Of a stretch of 64,000 nt of DNA, positions 29,001-38,999 are shown piece after piece. Both the position numbers and the translations under genes were made by a program. The stretch is from Cyanobacteria bacterium UBA11372. Its GTDB lineage: Bacteria > Cyanobacteriota > Cyanobacteriia > Cyanobacteriales > Aerosakkonemataceae. The notes below the pieces were generated by a model, which did no database searches, was not told where the DNA came from, and worked only from the letters and a program-made list of their open reading frames with translations. The first letter of the stretch is position 1. Every line of letters starts with the position of its first letter. The stretch lies in NCBI GenBank assembly GCA_003486675.1, contig DNGG01000154.1, forward strand, positions 95-64,094. Reading direction: 5' to 3'.

Positions 29001-32000
29001 TGCGTTGCCCATTTATTTGAGCTAACTTAAGGTTCAATTCTCTCTCTTTGTCCGCTGCCTCTTCTGCACTGCGGACGCCGTTATTTTTAAGTTCTTTGTT
29101 GTCGTCTATCTGTTTTTTAATTAACAAAATCTGCTCTTTGATACCGTCACCTTGAATCTGTGATACTTGGGCTTGAGCTTGACGTTCGGACAGCGCACCT
29201 TCTTGTTGTTTCTGCTTAACTACATTAAGCCGTCTTGCCTGAGATAGTTCGACCGCTTGCTCTGCTCGTTGGTTCGCTTGCTCGATGGCGGCAACTGATT
29301 GCTGGTTGTACTGAATAATTGCATCGGCTTCTTGTTGGGATAATTGAGCGATTTTAGAGTTTAATTCATTTCTCTTTGTAGATCTCTGTTCGTTAGATAG
29401 TTTGGGCAAGGTATCAACTTGAGCAAGTTCTCTCTGTGCCTGTTCGAGTTGTCTTGTTATGTCCTGCCGTTGCGCTTGGTTCAACTCAGATTGAGCTTGT
29501 CGCTCGGAAATCTGTCCTCTAGCTTGCCGTTCTTTAATCCCAGCAACAGCGAGGGCGTTACTTAGCTCTATTTCTTGGCGGCGCAGTCCATTAACAAATT
29601 CAATTGAATCGACCAATTGCTGATTCGCTTGGATCTCGCCTTCTATCCGTTGTTGATTAAGCTGTCCTAAGCGCTGATTCAATTTTATTTCTTCAGTCGT
29701 CGCGTCTTCCTGAGAGCGAACTCCTTGCGATTGCAACTCTCTGTTTTGGGCTATCTGGAGTTTTACCTGCTCGATTTGTGAATTGATGTTGTCCTGCTGA
29801 ATCCTATTGGTTTCTTGAGCAACTTGACGTTCTGACAAAAGACCTTCAGACTGTTTTTGTTTAACTATGTTGATCCGGCGCTGTTGTGATGATTCAATAA
29901 CGCTCTCGGCACGTTGATTGGCGAATTCCAAATCTTGAACGATCAATTGGTTGTATTGATTAACGGCTTCAGCTTCTTGTTGAGACAACTGAACCAACCG
30001 GGATTTAATCTCATTCTGTTTCGTCGTTCTCTGTTCGGCAGATAGCTTGGGAAGCGTACCGACTTGAGCAAGTTCTCGTTGCGCTTGCTCAATCTGTCTC
30101 GCAACATCCTGCCGTTGGGCTTGGTTTAATTCAAATTGAGATTGTCGCTCGGAAATCTGTCCCCTGGCTTGTCGATGCTTAATCGATGCGACTACAAGCG
30201 CGTTGCTTAATTCTAACTCTTGCCGCCTTAATCCATTGACAAATTCAATTGAATCGACTAACTGCTGATTCGCCTGAATCTCCCCTTCTATCCGCTGTTG
30301 GTTTAATTGCCCAAGCCTTTGATTCAACTCTATTTGCTTAGTCGTCGCTTCTTCGCTAGAAAGCTTGCCCTGAGATCTGATGCGCGCGTTTTGCGCTAAC
30401 TGCTCTTTAACTCTATCGATTTGAGAATTAATGGTTGCGTTTTGGATTTTGGTAGTTTCTTGAGCTACTTGACGCTCCGACAATAACCCCTCGGACTGTT
30501 TTTTCTTGACAATATTAATTCGGCGTTGCTGAGATGCTTCTATACCGGCTTCTGCTCGCTGATTAGCAAGTTCCAGCGACTGGATGATTTGCTGGTTAGC
30601 TTGAATATTGGCTTCGGCCTCTTGTTGACGCAGTTGGGTTATCTGCGTGCGTAACTCCAAGCGCCTTTGTTTCTTGCTTTCTGCGCTAAGCGGCAAACTG
30701 CCTACTTGAGACAGTTGTTGCTCTGCGGATTGGAGGCGACTGGCAATATCTCGCCGCTGGGCTGCGGTTAGCTGCTCTTGGGCTTGTCTATCCGATAGTT
30801 GACCGCGCGCCTGTTTTCCTTTGATGCTGGCGTTGGCTTGAGCGGTAGCTAGTTCAATTTCTTGTTGTTTTAGCCTATTGATAAACTCAATCGAATCAAT
30901 TAATTGTTGATTCCCTTGAATCTCATTTTCTATTCGCTGTTGGTTGAGCTGCCCCAATCGCTGATTAAGTTCGATTTGTTTGGTCGTGCTATCCTCGGCT
31001 GATAGTTTCCCCTGTTTTTGCAGGGCTTTTATCTGGTGAATCTGCTTTTGGGTTTCACCGATTTGAGATGCGATCGCAGACGACTGAATCTTGGTAATTT
31101 CCTCAGCCGCCTGACGCTCCGATATCGTGTTCTTGGCTTGACTTTGCTTGACCGTGTTAATCCGGCGCTGCTGTGACGCTTCAATTAGCGCTTCTGCCCG
31201 CTTGTTGGTGAATTCTAAATCTTGCAGTGTCTGTTGATTTTGCTGCTGCCTGTTCTCCTGGCGCTGCTGCTCGAGCTGCGCCAGTCTTTGGTTGTTCTGT
31301 GCATTGCGGCTCGCTAGTTCGCGATCGTCAATGGCGTTTTGGGAGCGGAGAATGCGATCGCGCCTCATCTGGTTCCGCGCACCCTCTTCCTGTTGCCCAA
31401 TGCCAGTTGCTTGCTCTTTCAAAATCAATGGTTGCGCTTGACGCTCTGATAGCTTTCCGGACGCCACTCGCGCTTTGATTTTATTAATTTGCTTCTGCTG
31501 AGATGCTTCAATCGCCGCTTCTTCTTGCCGGTTGGCAAACTCGACATTAGCGATCCGGCGACGATTAATAGCTTCCTGTAATGCCAGATCGTTCTCAGCT
31601 ATCTGTCGTTTTTGATCGCTTAATTTAGTTAACAATTCACGCTCTTGCTGCGCGAATTGTTCGGCACTGATGGCACCTTCTTTGTGCTTGCCTCGAACTG
31701 CTGCAAGTTCTTGCTCAGTTGAATTCAACTGCTTTTTACTGCTGTCTAACTGAATCCGAGCCAAGGATTCTACTACCTGTTCCTCAGTTGCCAGTCGCTG
31801 CTTCTGTTGCCCTTTTACAAAGCCAACACGCGCATTTTCTCCCTGCCGAATTACCGCATCTTGTTTAGCCACTGACTGTTGAATTGCATACAACGCATCT
31901 TGCTCTGCCTGCTGCCTGATTTGTACTTCCTGCTGAGCTAGCGATGCTTTGTCTTGCAACAATTGCTCTTCCAATTCCTTGGCAGACTTCATTCGCTCCA

Positions 32001-35000
32001 ACAGTTCTTTTTTGCCTTTGTTCTCGTCTCCACCCGGCAATGTATCAATGGCTCTTTGTAACCCGGTTACAGAAGTGTCGCGGCTCACGTTTAGCTCAGC
32101 CATCAGTCCCGCGTTACTTGGATCGTTTACTTGTTTTAAAGCATCCTGGAGGGCCTTGTTGCGCGATTCAATTGACTTTTTGATGGCGTCCCTATCTGTT
32201 TGTAGTTGCGCCATTTGGGCAGTTCTAGCTGCCAGTGGATCGGTGGCGAAGTTTTTAAGCTGGGCGTTGGCGATCGCGGCGCGTTGCGTAGCTCCAAAAT
32301 TTTTCGCTGAGCGCTCGGCTTCATCAATGGCGTAAGCTAAATTCTTAAACTCGCGAATCAGGCTTTGAAGCGGATCGGCTCCCTTAGACATCGCTTCGTC
32401 GATTTCGGTTTTCGTTCGGCGCAACGTATCTAGCGATGCTTGCAGTTTCTGGCGCTGTTCCGCCGCTACCTGCTCTCCACCTAATGCCGCGATGGTGTTG
32501 GGGTCGTTGAGTTCTCTGAGAGCGTTTTTAGTATTTTCAATCTGCTGCTCGATTTGAGTAATTTGAGTTGTCAGGGGTTGTAATGCTGTGGCGCGGCGAT
32601 CATTGAGTTGAGATATTTGTTCGCGAGAGGCATCAAGTTCTTTTTGGATCTCAAACGGAACAACTTTCCCTTGGTTGGTGTATTCGCGATAAATGCGCGC
32701 TTGTAGTGTACGCCGTCCCTCTTCAGCTTTTTTCAGTTCTTCTTCTACCTGCTTCAGCTCGCTGAATTGCCCCTTACCTGTTTTGAGTTCGGCTAGGGAC
32801 AATTTGGAGGATGCTGCGACGTTGATGCCACCTCCGTAGATTTCGGCGATCGCGTTTTCCAAATTCTGTTTTTGTAGATCCGCATAAGATACGTAATCAG
32901 CTTTACCCGTCTTGAGTAAGTTAACCCCTCGGTTAATACCCTCACCAATCGCTGGTGCAAATCCAGAGAAAGCACTCACAACAAACTTGGTTAATCCATC
33001 GGCATTAACATATTTGCGAGATAGATCGTCAATCCAATTAACTGATGGTAAGTCTTGAGGCTTTCCTTCCGCCTTCTTTGGATTCAACGCTTCTTGTGCT
33101 GCCTTGGCTGCGTTTTGGGCGCTCTTAGCTGCATTGTTGAATGATTGAATTAGATCGCTGTTAACGGCATCTGCGATTCCCCTAACCAACAGCACTACCC
33201 CAGACAACAAAGCTACTTGAGCTGCAAATTTTCCAACTGAAAGCCCAGCTTGTATCCATTCCGCAGCACTTAATGGCAAGATCTTGGATGTCGAGATTAA
33301 ACTAACTAGCGTTGTTTTGATTGCAGGAATAGCTTGGGCGATAAATATGGCTGAAGCTGCTGATACCGCGATCGCCAATTTGTCCATATGAACCGCGACC
33401 GATTGGATAATCGCAGATAGCGCATTCATCCCTACCATTGCGGTAGGCGCAAGTGCTTTCCCAAGGTTTGTTTGTAACTTGGTTACAGCGTTTTGGAAAT
33501 TGAAAATCGCACTTTGGGCATTACCCGATGCAGTTTTTGCAGCCTCTCCAAATTGCAAGCGAAGCTGCTTACCTAATCTAGGCAGAAAATCATCTGAGGC
33601 AACTTGTCCCGCCTCAATCATCTTTATCAATTGGGATTCGGTTACTCCCATTGCTCGCGCGGAGAGGGACATGGCTCCAGGGATGCGATCGCCCAATTGG
33701 GCACGCAGTTCCTCAAGTTGAATTCGACCCTTAGAACTCATCTGGGCGAGAGCGTTGATTGTGCCAGCAACTTGTTCTCCACTTAGCCCTAAAACTGTCG
33801 CCGCTTCAGCTATGCCCGTAAATAATTCGCGAGTTGCCTGACCTTCAATTTGCGTTCCTTTTGTTGCAGCAGCCAACTGTTTAAACCCCTCCGCCGCTGG
33901 CAATAGAGGCACGCGCAATCGATCGACTTCTTCGGTTACAAACTTCAGCGCGCTTGCTCCTGCACCAGCACTGCCTGTGGCATACCGCAGTGCTGTTGAT
34001 AAATTATCGAACTTAACAAAAACGTCAACAGCTCCAGCCGATATTTCCCGGAACCAATTTTGTAAGCTCATGGCAGCTCCAACAGCTTGGAACGCCAAAA
34101 ATCCTTTAGCTAAATTACCCGCCCCTTCTATAAGTTTTTGTCTATTAAACTCAAACTGAGTTAAAAAGTTGTTACTGGGCAGGGGTTTACCTATCTCAGC
34201 AAAAACTTCTGAAACCCCATCTTTTAGCTGTTTTAGGCGTGCAATATCTTTGTCTGCTAAAACATCCTTAGACAATATTGAATCTATTTCCGATAAAGCC
34301 GACTGACTGTAATTCAATGCTTTTGCCAGAGACGGCCTGCTGTCTTTTTTCGGTTCAAGTTGATTAAGCCTTGACCGCTGCTCTAAGACAACTTGCTCCA
34401 GCGCCGCCAAATCTTCATTCAAGCGACTTACGTCTTCAGTAGATAAACCGGGAGAACCCGATCGCTTCGCGTCAGCATCAGAGACTAACTGCTTGGTAAT
34501 TTTCTCAATCTTTGCTCCCGTGTTTTGTATAGTTTGCAGCACTTCCCCCGACTCTTGCTCAGCTCGCTCTGCGCTCAGTAGCTGATTTTGCACATCATTT
34601 AATAACGTTTGTGCGTTTGCTGACAAAATTGATGCCTGTTTTTTTATGGTGCTGGCTATTATTTTGTCCACAAAGTCATCAGGGTTTAGCAAGTTTTGCA
34701 AAACTGAAGATTCTTCGGCCTGCGACGCTGGAGATTTTGTCAGTTTTTCGGGTGAGGCTTTAGTCGTGGGAAAGCTACCTTGCCCTAAAGTAAACTGCTT
34801 TAACTTTTTTATGTTATTTTTGAAAAATTGAGAAAGTATTCCAGGTATTTCTTTAACATCTTTGTATAGAAAGCCAAAATCATTCGCCTCCAAAAACTGT
34901 TTTAGCTGCCTATTGCGTCCAACCATTTTAGCTGTTCCAATCGCTCCGGCTATACCTAAGCCACCTAGCCCTAACACCGCGCCTGGACTTCCCACAAGAG

Positions 35001-38000
35001 CAAGCATTTCAGCGATACCACCAGCTTGGGCGACAACTCCGCCTGCTCCTACTGTGGCGGCGCTTGCACCTTTTCCCGTACCGAGGATTGCCGCTCCACC
35101 CAATGCAGCCGCGCCCCCTCCCTTTGTCAGTGCGTTAATGGCGTCATTAATGCGATTGTGCTGTTGAGTCGTTTTTTGTCTGGCAGCCACTTGTTCCAGC
35201 AAGTCTTTTAATGTAGTCTGCTCTATTGAAAGTAGTTTTTGGGCTAACTGCTCTTTTGTCTCTTTCGATTTGAATTGAATATTTCCCAGTTTTGCAATTG
35301 CTTGTAGTTGTGCCTTAGTAAGCTGCTGAAGCCGCTCTGAAATGCTTTCTGAAACTTTTGATGCTGCTGAAAGGTCTACTTTTTTAGGCATCAATTGCTC
35401 TTGCCAATATTTCACCTGGGAAATATATCCTCCCATAGCTTGTTTAAAACTAGGACTATATTTGTCGCTTTGCAGAGTCTTTTCAATTTCTTGAATAACT
35501 TTTAGTGCATTTTCAGAGGACGCTTCTGGATCTTGAGCGACGGACTTGCCCGCCTTGATCGCAGTAGCGAGAGAACGTAGATCCGACTGAATTTTCTTTA
35601 TTTGGGATCTTAAGTACTCTTCCTCTTTTTCTATAAATTTAGGGGTTGTTGACCTTAACGGCTCAAGCTCCGCCGCAGGAATGTCTTTTTTGGAAGGTAA
35701 TTCAATAACAACAGGTTCCAATGAGGGTGTTGCTTCAGTCTCAATGCGAATAGGCTGTTCCTTAACTTGTGCCTGAACAGCCTCTTGTATCTCTTGGTAA
35801 ACCTTTTCCGTCGCGCCTTTGATGTCGATCGGGATAAGTAATTCTTGCGGGACGACTAAATTAGATAGCTCAACCTGAAGCCTGTCCTTGATGTCGTTTA
35901 GCTGATCTATCCCTACCTGCAAGCTTTTGTCTTCGCCTTTGGCTATGTCTTGACTAAATTTGTTCGCGTACAACCCTAGTTCTTCGATTAAAGTTTTAAC
36001 AGTTTCAACGTTTGAGTCACTTAGCGATTGGATTAGTTCCGTTGACTTTTGTTCAGCTATTTTTACTATTGTGTTTAATTGTATTAGCTGTGGGGATATA
36101 TTTAGATTGCCTATGCTTTGTTTCAGTTTTGAGAATTCGTTGTAGATCTGCTTCGTAATCCCTGTTTTATCTTTTAGGCCAGTCTTTACAAGATCGATTT
36201 GGATTTTTCCAATCTCTTTTGATATGACAAAGAGATTGTTTTTGCCTTCTTCGGTTCCTTTAAGCAAGTTGTCTTGTACTATTTTTTCAGCAGATTTAAT
36301 CACTCCCCGATACTGAACTATTTTGTCTAAATCTGGGAACGTAAGTAAGTCTTCAAAATCCTTGGCTAATGATTCTATTACAGCGCTTAATTCAGGTGGT
36401 CGTTCCACGCTTTTTAGCTGCCCCAAGACTTGTGCTAAGTTGGCGCGTACCTCTTTTGCTGTTTCGCCGGGTAAATTAGCGTAAGATTCTATGTATTTTT
36501 TGACAGCATTAAGATCTTCTTGAGTTATTCCTTTAGAAGCTTTTTGAGGCGCAACTTCTTTATTGAACGCAAATTTTTGAAACTCAGGCATTGGCCTGTA
36601 ATGCTCGTAAGGATGCCCCGTAGCTCCTGTTAAGTTCTGTTCGGGTTTCGAGACGTCAGCAAGACCCATAGGTGCATAAACTTGATGCGTCTCATATCCC
36701 AGCGTTTCTGCCGGATCTTTAGCTAAAAACTTAATATGGTTTTTTGGGTTAACTCCCCCAATAAAGTTAGGAGTACCAAAGGCTGCACTTTCTATTTGCT
36801 CGCCAAAGCCTGCCAAATTAAGCAAATGCGCTGCTTCTTCAGCGACAAAGCCACCGCCTGACTCGCCTAGCAATTTTACTTTCAATCCAGGGTTAACAAT
36901 TAATGCAGCGATCGCTTGTGCCGCCATTTCAACTGCATCTTTGTTGTAGCCCCTTAAATTTGGTTTTACCAAGGACCCTAAAAGTCCTTGCGCCTTTGTA
37001 GCGAAGTGCTTCATCGCTTCTGGCTTTAGATCGGTATCCGGATTTTTTAGTCCAATCGCCGCAACTTCCCTGCGAGCCATCTTGGAAAATTCATAGGCCA
37101 AGTCACCAGCTATTCTTAATCCCGACGCTGCTCCTTGCGCCCCCGCATACCCGCCTATAGTTATTATTAGTTCCTTCGTTTCTGGAGTAACAGCTACCGG
37201 CGCGTTTACCCCAACGAGCTTGCCCATTGCAAGCATACTAGCGTCCACTTCTGCGCCAGTGTCAGGGTTGCGTAATTTCCTGCCTTTCAGTTTTTCTGCC
37301 TTTGCAATTCCTTTCTGTATTGCCTCTGGTGTTAAACTCCCTATTTCCTTTAAGCTTTCCTCATAAATCTCTTGCGCCCTTTCTATTACCAGAGGTAGCC
37401 CTTTGTCTTGTAGTAGCGTGGCTCTACGTTTTTCTAAAAAACTATTTAAAATAGGGGCAACTGTTCTAGAGATCTCTTGAACAACAGGGGCTTGAAGAAC
37501 CGATTGGTTGGGTTTAGCTGTTACGCCAGCCGCGTTCAAATACGTGTTGGGGCTTGCAAGCGCTTGACCTGCTTTTTCAAGGGAAGGCGATATTGTTGAT
37601 AAGCTCGCCGCAAAACGCTTTGCTAAATTAGAAACCAACTCCGATGCTGTTAGCGACTCATCTAGCGCCGCAACAGCAGACTCAGCCAATACCTCTCTAA
37701 CATCGCTTAAGGCATCTGTCAAGCCACTTTGGTCAATCAGATTAGACCCAAAACCTGATAAAAGTTTTTTGGCGCGATCTCCAAATTTTCCCACTCCCAA
37801 TCCTATTTTTCTCCCCAAATCCCCCGTGTCAAAATTCAGGGTTTTTTCTATCGCAGCGACAAATCCAGACGAAAACTTTCTTGTTATATTTTGACCAAAA
37901 CCTAAGACTGCTCCTTCAAAAAGACTGCCTAAAGCTCCTTTTTCCTTTGGTTTGCTCTTTTTTACTGCGTCTTCTACTTTCTTGATAGAATTATCTATTG

Positions 38001-38592
38001 GCTTAAGATCGAGAGAGCTAGATCTATCAGACGTGCCTGTAAAACTGTGGTTACGTTCCACTACCTTAAAGCTATCAAAATTAAGCCCGGATCTCATCTC
38101 ATTGCGAAATGCTTGGACTGCCTGTAAAATACTCGATGCTAAGATTTGATCAATTCTGGAGTCCGCTTCAGCTAAAGTATTTTTTAGCGTCTTACCAAGA
38201 TGACTAGCTTCCTTGCTTGCCTTGCTGAAAACGCCTAAAACTGCTTTTTCTGCAATGGTTTCTAATTTGTCTAGTTTTTTTGTGTCGATCTGTACGGAGT
38301 AGTTCTTTTGAACGCTGCCAAAAACGCTTTGTAGCTCTTTTTCTACATAGCGCTTCGCGGTAGCAAGTTGTTGATTGTTGAATCGCAGCGTCGCGCGCAC
38401 GTCGAACGAACCTGGATCTCGGTAGCGATCGCGAAACTTTCTAAACTCGCGTTCAAACTCCCTGCCATCAAACCCAGCCGAAACATTAACATCCTTAACA
38501 CCTTGAAACTTCTGCCCCAGATTCTTAATCCCAGAATCCAAAGCAGAAGTGTCCAGGCCAACGCCAATATTAATATCGCCTAAGTCAGCCAT
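26011..38592 (-). CDS. Giant tape measure protein (~4190 aa) with alpha/beta-hydrolase-like domain
   Basis: LAQMSSKGRIQLEELRAQLGDRIPGA tape-measure motif; long Q/E-rich helical repeats; MADLGDINIGVGLDTS start. Confidence 0.9.
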   Translation of the reverse strand: MADLGDINIGVGLDTSALDSGIKNLGQKFQGVKDVNVSAGFDGREFEREFRKFRDRYRDPGSFDVRATLRFNNQQLATAKRYVEKELQSVFGSVQKNYSVQIDTKKLDKLETIAEKAVLGVFSKASKEASHLGKTLKNTLAEADSRIDQILASSILQAVQAFRNEMRSGLNFDSFKVVERNHSFTGTSDRSSSLDLKPIDNSIKKVEDAVKKSKPKEKGALGSLFEGAVLGFGQNITRKFSSGFVAAIEKTLNFDTGDLGRKIGLGVGKFGDRAKKLLSGFGSNLIDQSGLTDALSDVREVLAESAVAALDESLTASELVSNLAKRFAASLSTISPSLEKAGQALASPNTYLNAAGVTAKPNQSVLQAPVVQEISRTVAPILNSFLEKRRATLLQDKGLPLVIERAQEIYEESLKEIGSLTPEAIQKGIAKAEKLKGRKLRNPDTGAEVDASMLAMGKLVGVNAPVAVTPETKELIITIGGYAGAQGAASGLRIAGDLAYEFSKMARREVAAIGLKNPDTDLKPEAMKHFATKAQGLLGSLVKPNLRGYNKDAVEMAAQAIAALIVNPGLKVKLLGESGGGFVAEEAAHLLNLAGFGEQIESAAFGTPNFIGGVNPKNHIKFLAKDPAETLGYETHQVYAPMGLADVSKPEQNLTGATGHPYEHYRPMPEFQKFAFNKEVAPQKASKGITQEDLNAVKKYIESYANLPGETAKEVRANLAQVLGQLKSVERPPELSAVIESLAKDFEDLLTFPDLDKIVQYRGVIKSAEKIVQDNLLKGTEEGKNNLFVISKEIGKIQIDLVKTGLKDKTGITKQIYNEFSKLKQSIGNLNISPQLIQLNTIVKIAEQKSTELIQSLSDSNVETVKTLIEELGLYANKFSQDIAKGEDKSLQVGIDQLNDIKDRLQVELSNLVVPQELLIPIDIKGATEKVYQEIQEAVQAQVKEQPIRIETEATPSLEPVVIELPSKKDIPAAELEPLRSTTPKFIEKEEEYLRSQIKKIQSDLRSLATAIKAGKSVAQDPEASSENALKVIQEIEKTLQSDKYSPSFKQAMGGYISQVKYWQEQLMPKKVDLSAASKVSESISERLQQLTKAQLQAIAKLGNIQFKSKETKEQLAQKLLSIEQTTLKDLLEQVAARQKTTQQHNRINDAINALTKGGGAAALGGAAILGTGKGASAATVGAGGVVAQAGGIAEMLALVGSPGAVLGLGGLGIAGAIGTAKMVGRNRQLKQFLEANDFGFLYKDVKEIPGILSQFFKNNIKKLKQFTLGQGSFPTTKASPEKLTKSPASQAEESSVLQNLLNPDDFVDKIIASTIKKQASILSANAQTLLNDVQNQLLSAERAEQESGEVLQTIQNTGAKIEKITKQLVSDADAKRSGSPGLSTEDVSRLNEDLAALEQVVLEQRSRLNQLEPKKDSRPSLAKALNYSQSALSEIDSILSKDVLADKDIARLKQLKDGVSEVFAEIGKPLPSNNFLTQFEFNRQKLIEGAGNLAKGFLAFQAVGAAMSLQNWFREISAGAVDVFVKFDNLSTALRYATGSAGAGASALKFVTEEVDRLRVPLLPAAEGFKQLAAATKGTQIEGQATRELFTGIAEAATVLGLSGEQVAGTINALAQMSSKGRIQLEELRAQLGDRIPGAMSLSARAMGVTESQLIKMIEAGQVASDDFLPRLGKQLRLQFGEAAKTASGNAQSAIFNFQNAVTKLQTNLGKALAPTAMVGMNALSAIIQSVAVHMDKLAIAVSAASAIFIAQAIPAIKTTLVSLISTSKILPLSAAEWIQAGLSVGKFAAQVALLSGVVLLVRGIADAVNSDLIQSFNNAAKSAQNAAKAAQEALNPKKAEGKPQDLPSVNWIDDLSRKYVNADGLTKFVVSAFSGFAPAIGEGINRGVNLLKTGKADYVSYADLQKQNLENAIAEIYGGGINVAASSKLSLAELKTGKGQFSELKQVEEELKKAEEGRRTLQARIYREYTNQGKVVPFEIQKELDASREQISQLNDRRATALQPLTTQITQIEQQIENTKNALRELNDPNTIAALGGEQVAAEQRQKLQASLDTLRRTKTEIDEAMSKGADPLQSLIREFKNLAYAIDEAERSAKNFGATQRAAIANAQLKNFATDPLAARTAQMAQLQTDRDAIKKSIESRNKALQDALKQVNDPSNAGLMAELNVSRDTSVTGLQRAIDTLPGGDENKGKKELLERMKSAKELEEQLLQDKASLAQQEVQIRQQAEQDALYAIQQSVAKQDAVIRQGENARVGFVKGQQKQRLATEEQVVESLARIQLDSSKKQLNSTEQELAAVRGKHKEGAISAEQFAQQERELLTKLSDQKRQIAENDLALQEAINRRRIANVEFANRQEEAAIEASQQKQINKIKARVASGKLSERQAQPLILKEQATGIGQQEEGARNQMRRDRILRSQNAIDDRELASRNAQNNQRLAQLEQQRQENRQQQNQQTLQDLEFTNKRAEALIEASQQRRINTVKQSQAKNTISERQAAEEITKIQSSAIASQIGETQKQIHQIKALQKQGKLSAEDSTTKQIELNQRLGQLNQQRIENEIQGNQQLIDSIEFINRLKQQEIELATAQANASIKGKQARGQLSDRQAQEQLTAAQRRDIASRLQSAEQQLSQVGSLPLSAESKKQRRLELRTQITQLRQQEAEANIQANQQIIQSLELANQRAEAGIEASQQRRINIVKKKQSEGLLSERQVAQETTKIQNATINSQIDRVKEQLAQNARIRSQGKLSSEEATTKQIELNQRLGQLNQQRIEGEIQANQQLVDSIEFVNGLRRQELELSNALVVASIKHRQARGQISERQSQFELNQAQRQDVARQIEQAQRELAQVGTLPKLSAEQRTTKQNEIKSRLVQLSQQEAEAVNQYNQLIVQDLEFANQRAESVIESSQQRRINIVKQKQSEGLLSERQVAQETNRIQQDNINSQIEQVKLQIAQNRELQSQGVRSQEDATTEEIKLNQRLGQLNQQRIEGEIQANQQLVDSIEFVNGLRRQEIELSNALAVAGIKERQARGQISERQAQSELNQAQRQDITRQLEQAQRELAQVDTLPKLSNEQRSTKRNELNSKIAQLSQQEADAIIQYNQQSVAAIEQANQRAEQAVELSQARRLNVVKQKQQEGALSERQAQAQVSQIQGDGIKEQILLIKKQIDDNKELKNNGVRSAEEAADKERELNLKLAQINGQRIDNEIQKIQQQRDAIAELINLKEAELELDTSKNQVALARKESDFLEAVGSISPLARLDLDRENLTLEQDRIRSQRQLTAQRLADIPRLKYSPDQEKRERLNLQKQLAQLDLQFEQNRGKLAENAFQKREKLLELGGSEIDLKGGQSETEFARKNLEALKSGQQIDQGRLKLQQDLARLQLARNGLLEKQADAERRLAAIPESDDARRIEAMKQLDTIQRQLYENEAESIRTNNQLAIAGIERRIEGREQESDLAAARARRRLAEQEASTLEGSGGLSDSIAQLQQERASLQAEQRALADQLQGTREKLAVLPQRQLGDRESAERNNLLKAEEDLLTRIAQNRSALAKNVASTRDRRQEIEMSRLQAEASQRELESGEKELAILRSGLPLNSELLKLDSDRNRLLSEREGLLLKQRTAEKLLADLPANIPQEIRFKRVVDVNEAKKAVQGNTRAILENEQSRKMKEKELEIAQIELEAQQRGIELQSQEVMLLRTGITFNQEVFRIEQERNTLLAERETLLIKQQRAASDAAKTSASTPEDLRIERQKALNEANKALYDNERSLIENNRKAAEAKANQQIADAKRTAEAAIASAEAEKSAQERVLKALDLQKGLIEARANLQKAVSDAGISDQEGKLEATSRALEAMKRLQDEENIDSRVRQALEAQIRGAGLQPGSNFEQGVLVKQQIEDELARRRIEARLQEEEIARRQLEIETKRNELTAKIGLMEAQITLQKAQQAEYEAKLNQAKEMASGDSDRIQQAEFQYAIAQQQRQQAEIGIQLANENLLAVRETADLERQRLTIQQQMVANQSKSAEKAREQAQALERAEVAAKGIAGASKSKSDGNGGSSGQSNGRFFIMGSKEDTMHREAMDSYSKVIQENKDAQSQQRNLLQLALGTQRNNPFFFEALQNFGMEHLAKLADKLRNVNPLEIARTQSNAMLNNQNVVSVLEELGDRIEKLANRPSVGSLHVSSPAPVNDSISIMRDINSSAMMNS

Positions 38593-38999
38593 GACACACC
38601 ATCCCAATCTTCGAGCGTCACTTGATAAGTTTCTGGAATTCCTAGCTTTTTGTTCGCAGGGACAGGTATCACTCGCTTGATACTTTTAACGACACCTAGC
38701 AGTCGATTTAAGGCTGGTCGAGGCGTTTTTGAGGGGTTCCACTGCTTTAAATACAATATCCACTTGTTCTCGACCGCGTAGCCTTGAATCAGTGGCAAGA
38801 TCGAGGGAGAAGGAGGAATAATAACGACTTCTAAACCAGCAACAACTGTATTAGCGGGTGGATAGTCAGACAGATTTGGTGCGTAAGCGATCGCTGGCGC
38901 ACTCAACCCATTCTCAAAAGTGTAAGTACCCAGTTCATCACCTAGCGCCGATTGAATTACTTCCCGCAGTTGTTGTGGTGACTCGATTGTTAACATCAC
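38580..38999 (-). CDS. Putative tail terminator/completion protein
   Basis: Position and size in neck-tail module; LGTYTF, WILYLKQW. Confidence 0.5.
   Translation of the reverse strand: MMLTIESPQQLREVIQSALGDELGTYTFENGLSAPAIAYAPNLSDYPPANTVVAGLEVVIIPPSPSILPLIQGYAVENKWILYLKQWNPSKTPRPALNRLLGVVKSIKRVIPVPANKKLGIPETYQVTLEDWDGVSWLT

Noticed and set aside
26320-38583. Many plus-strand ORFs within the tape measure
   Set aside because: Antisense shadows rich in S/C/L/R as expected opposite Q/E/A-rich coding; no motifs
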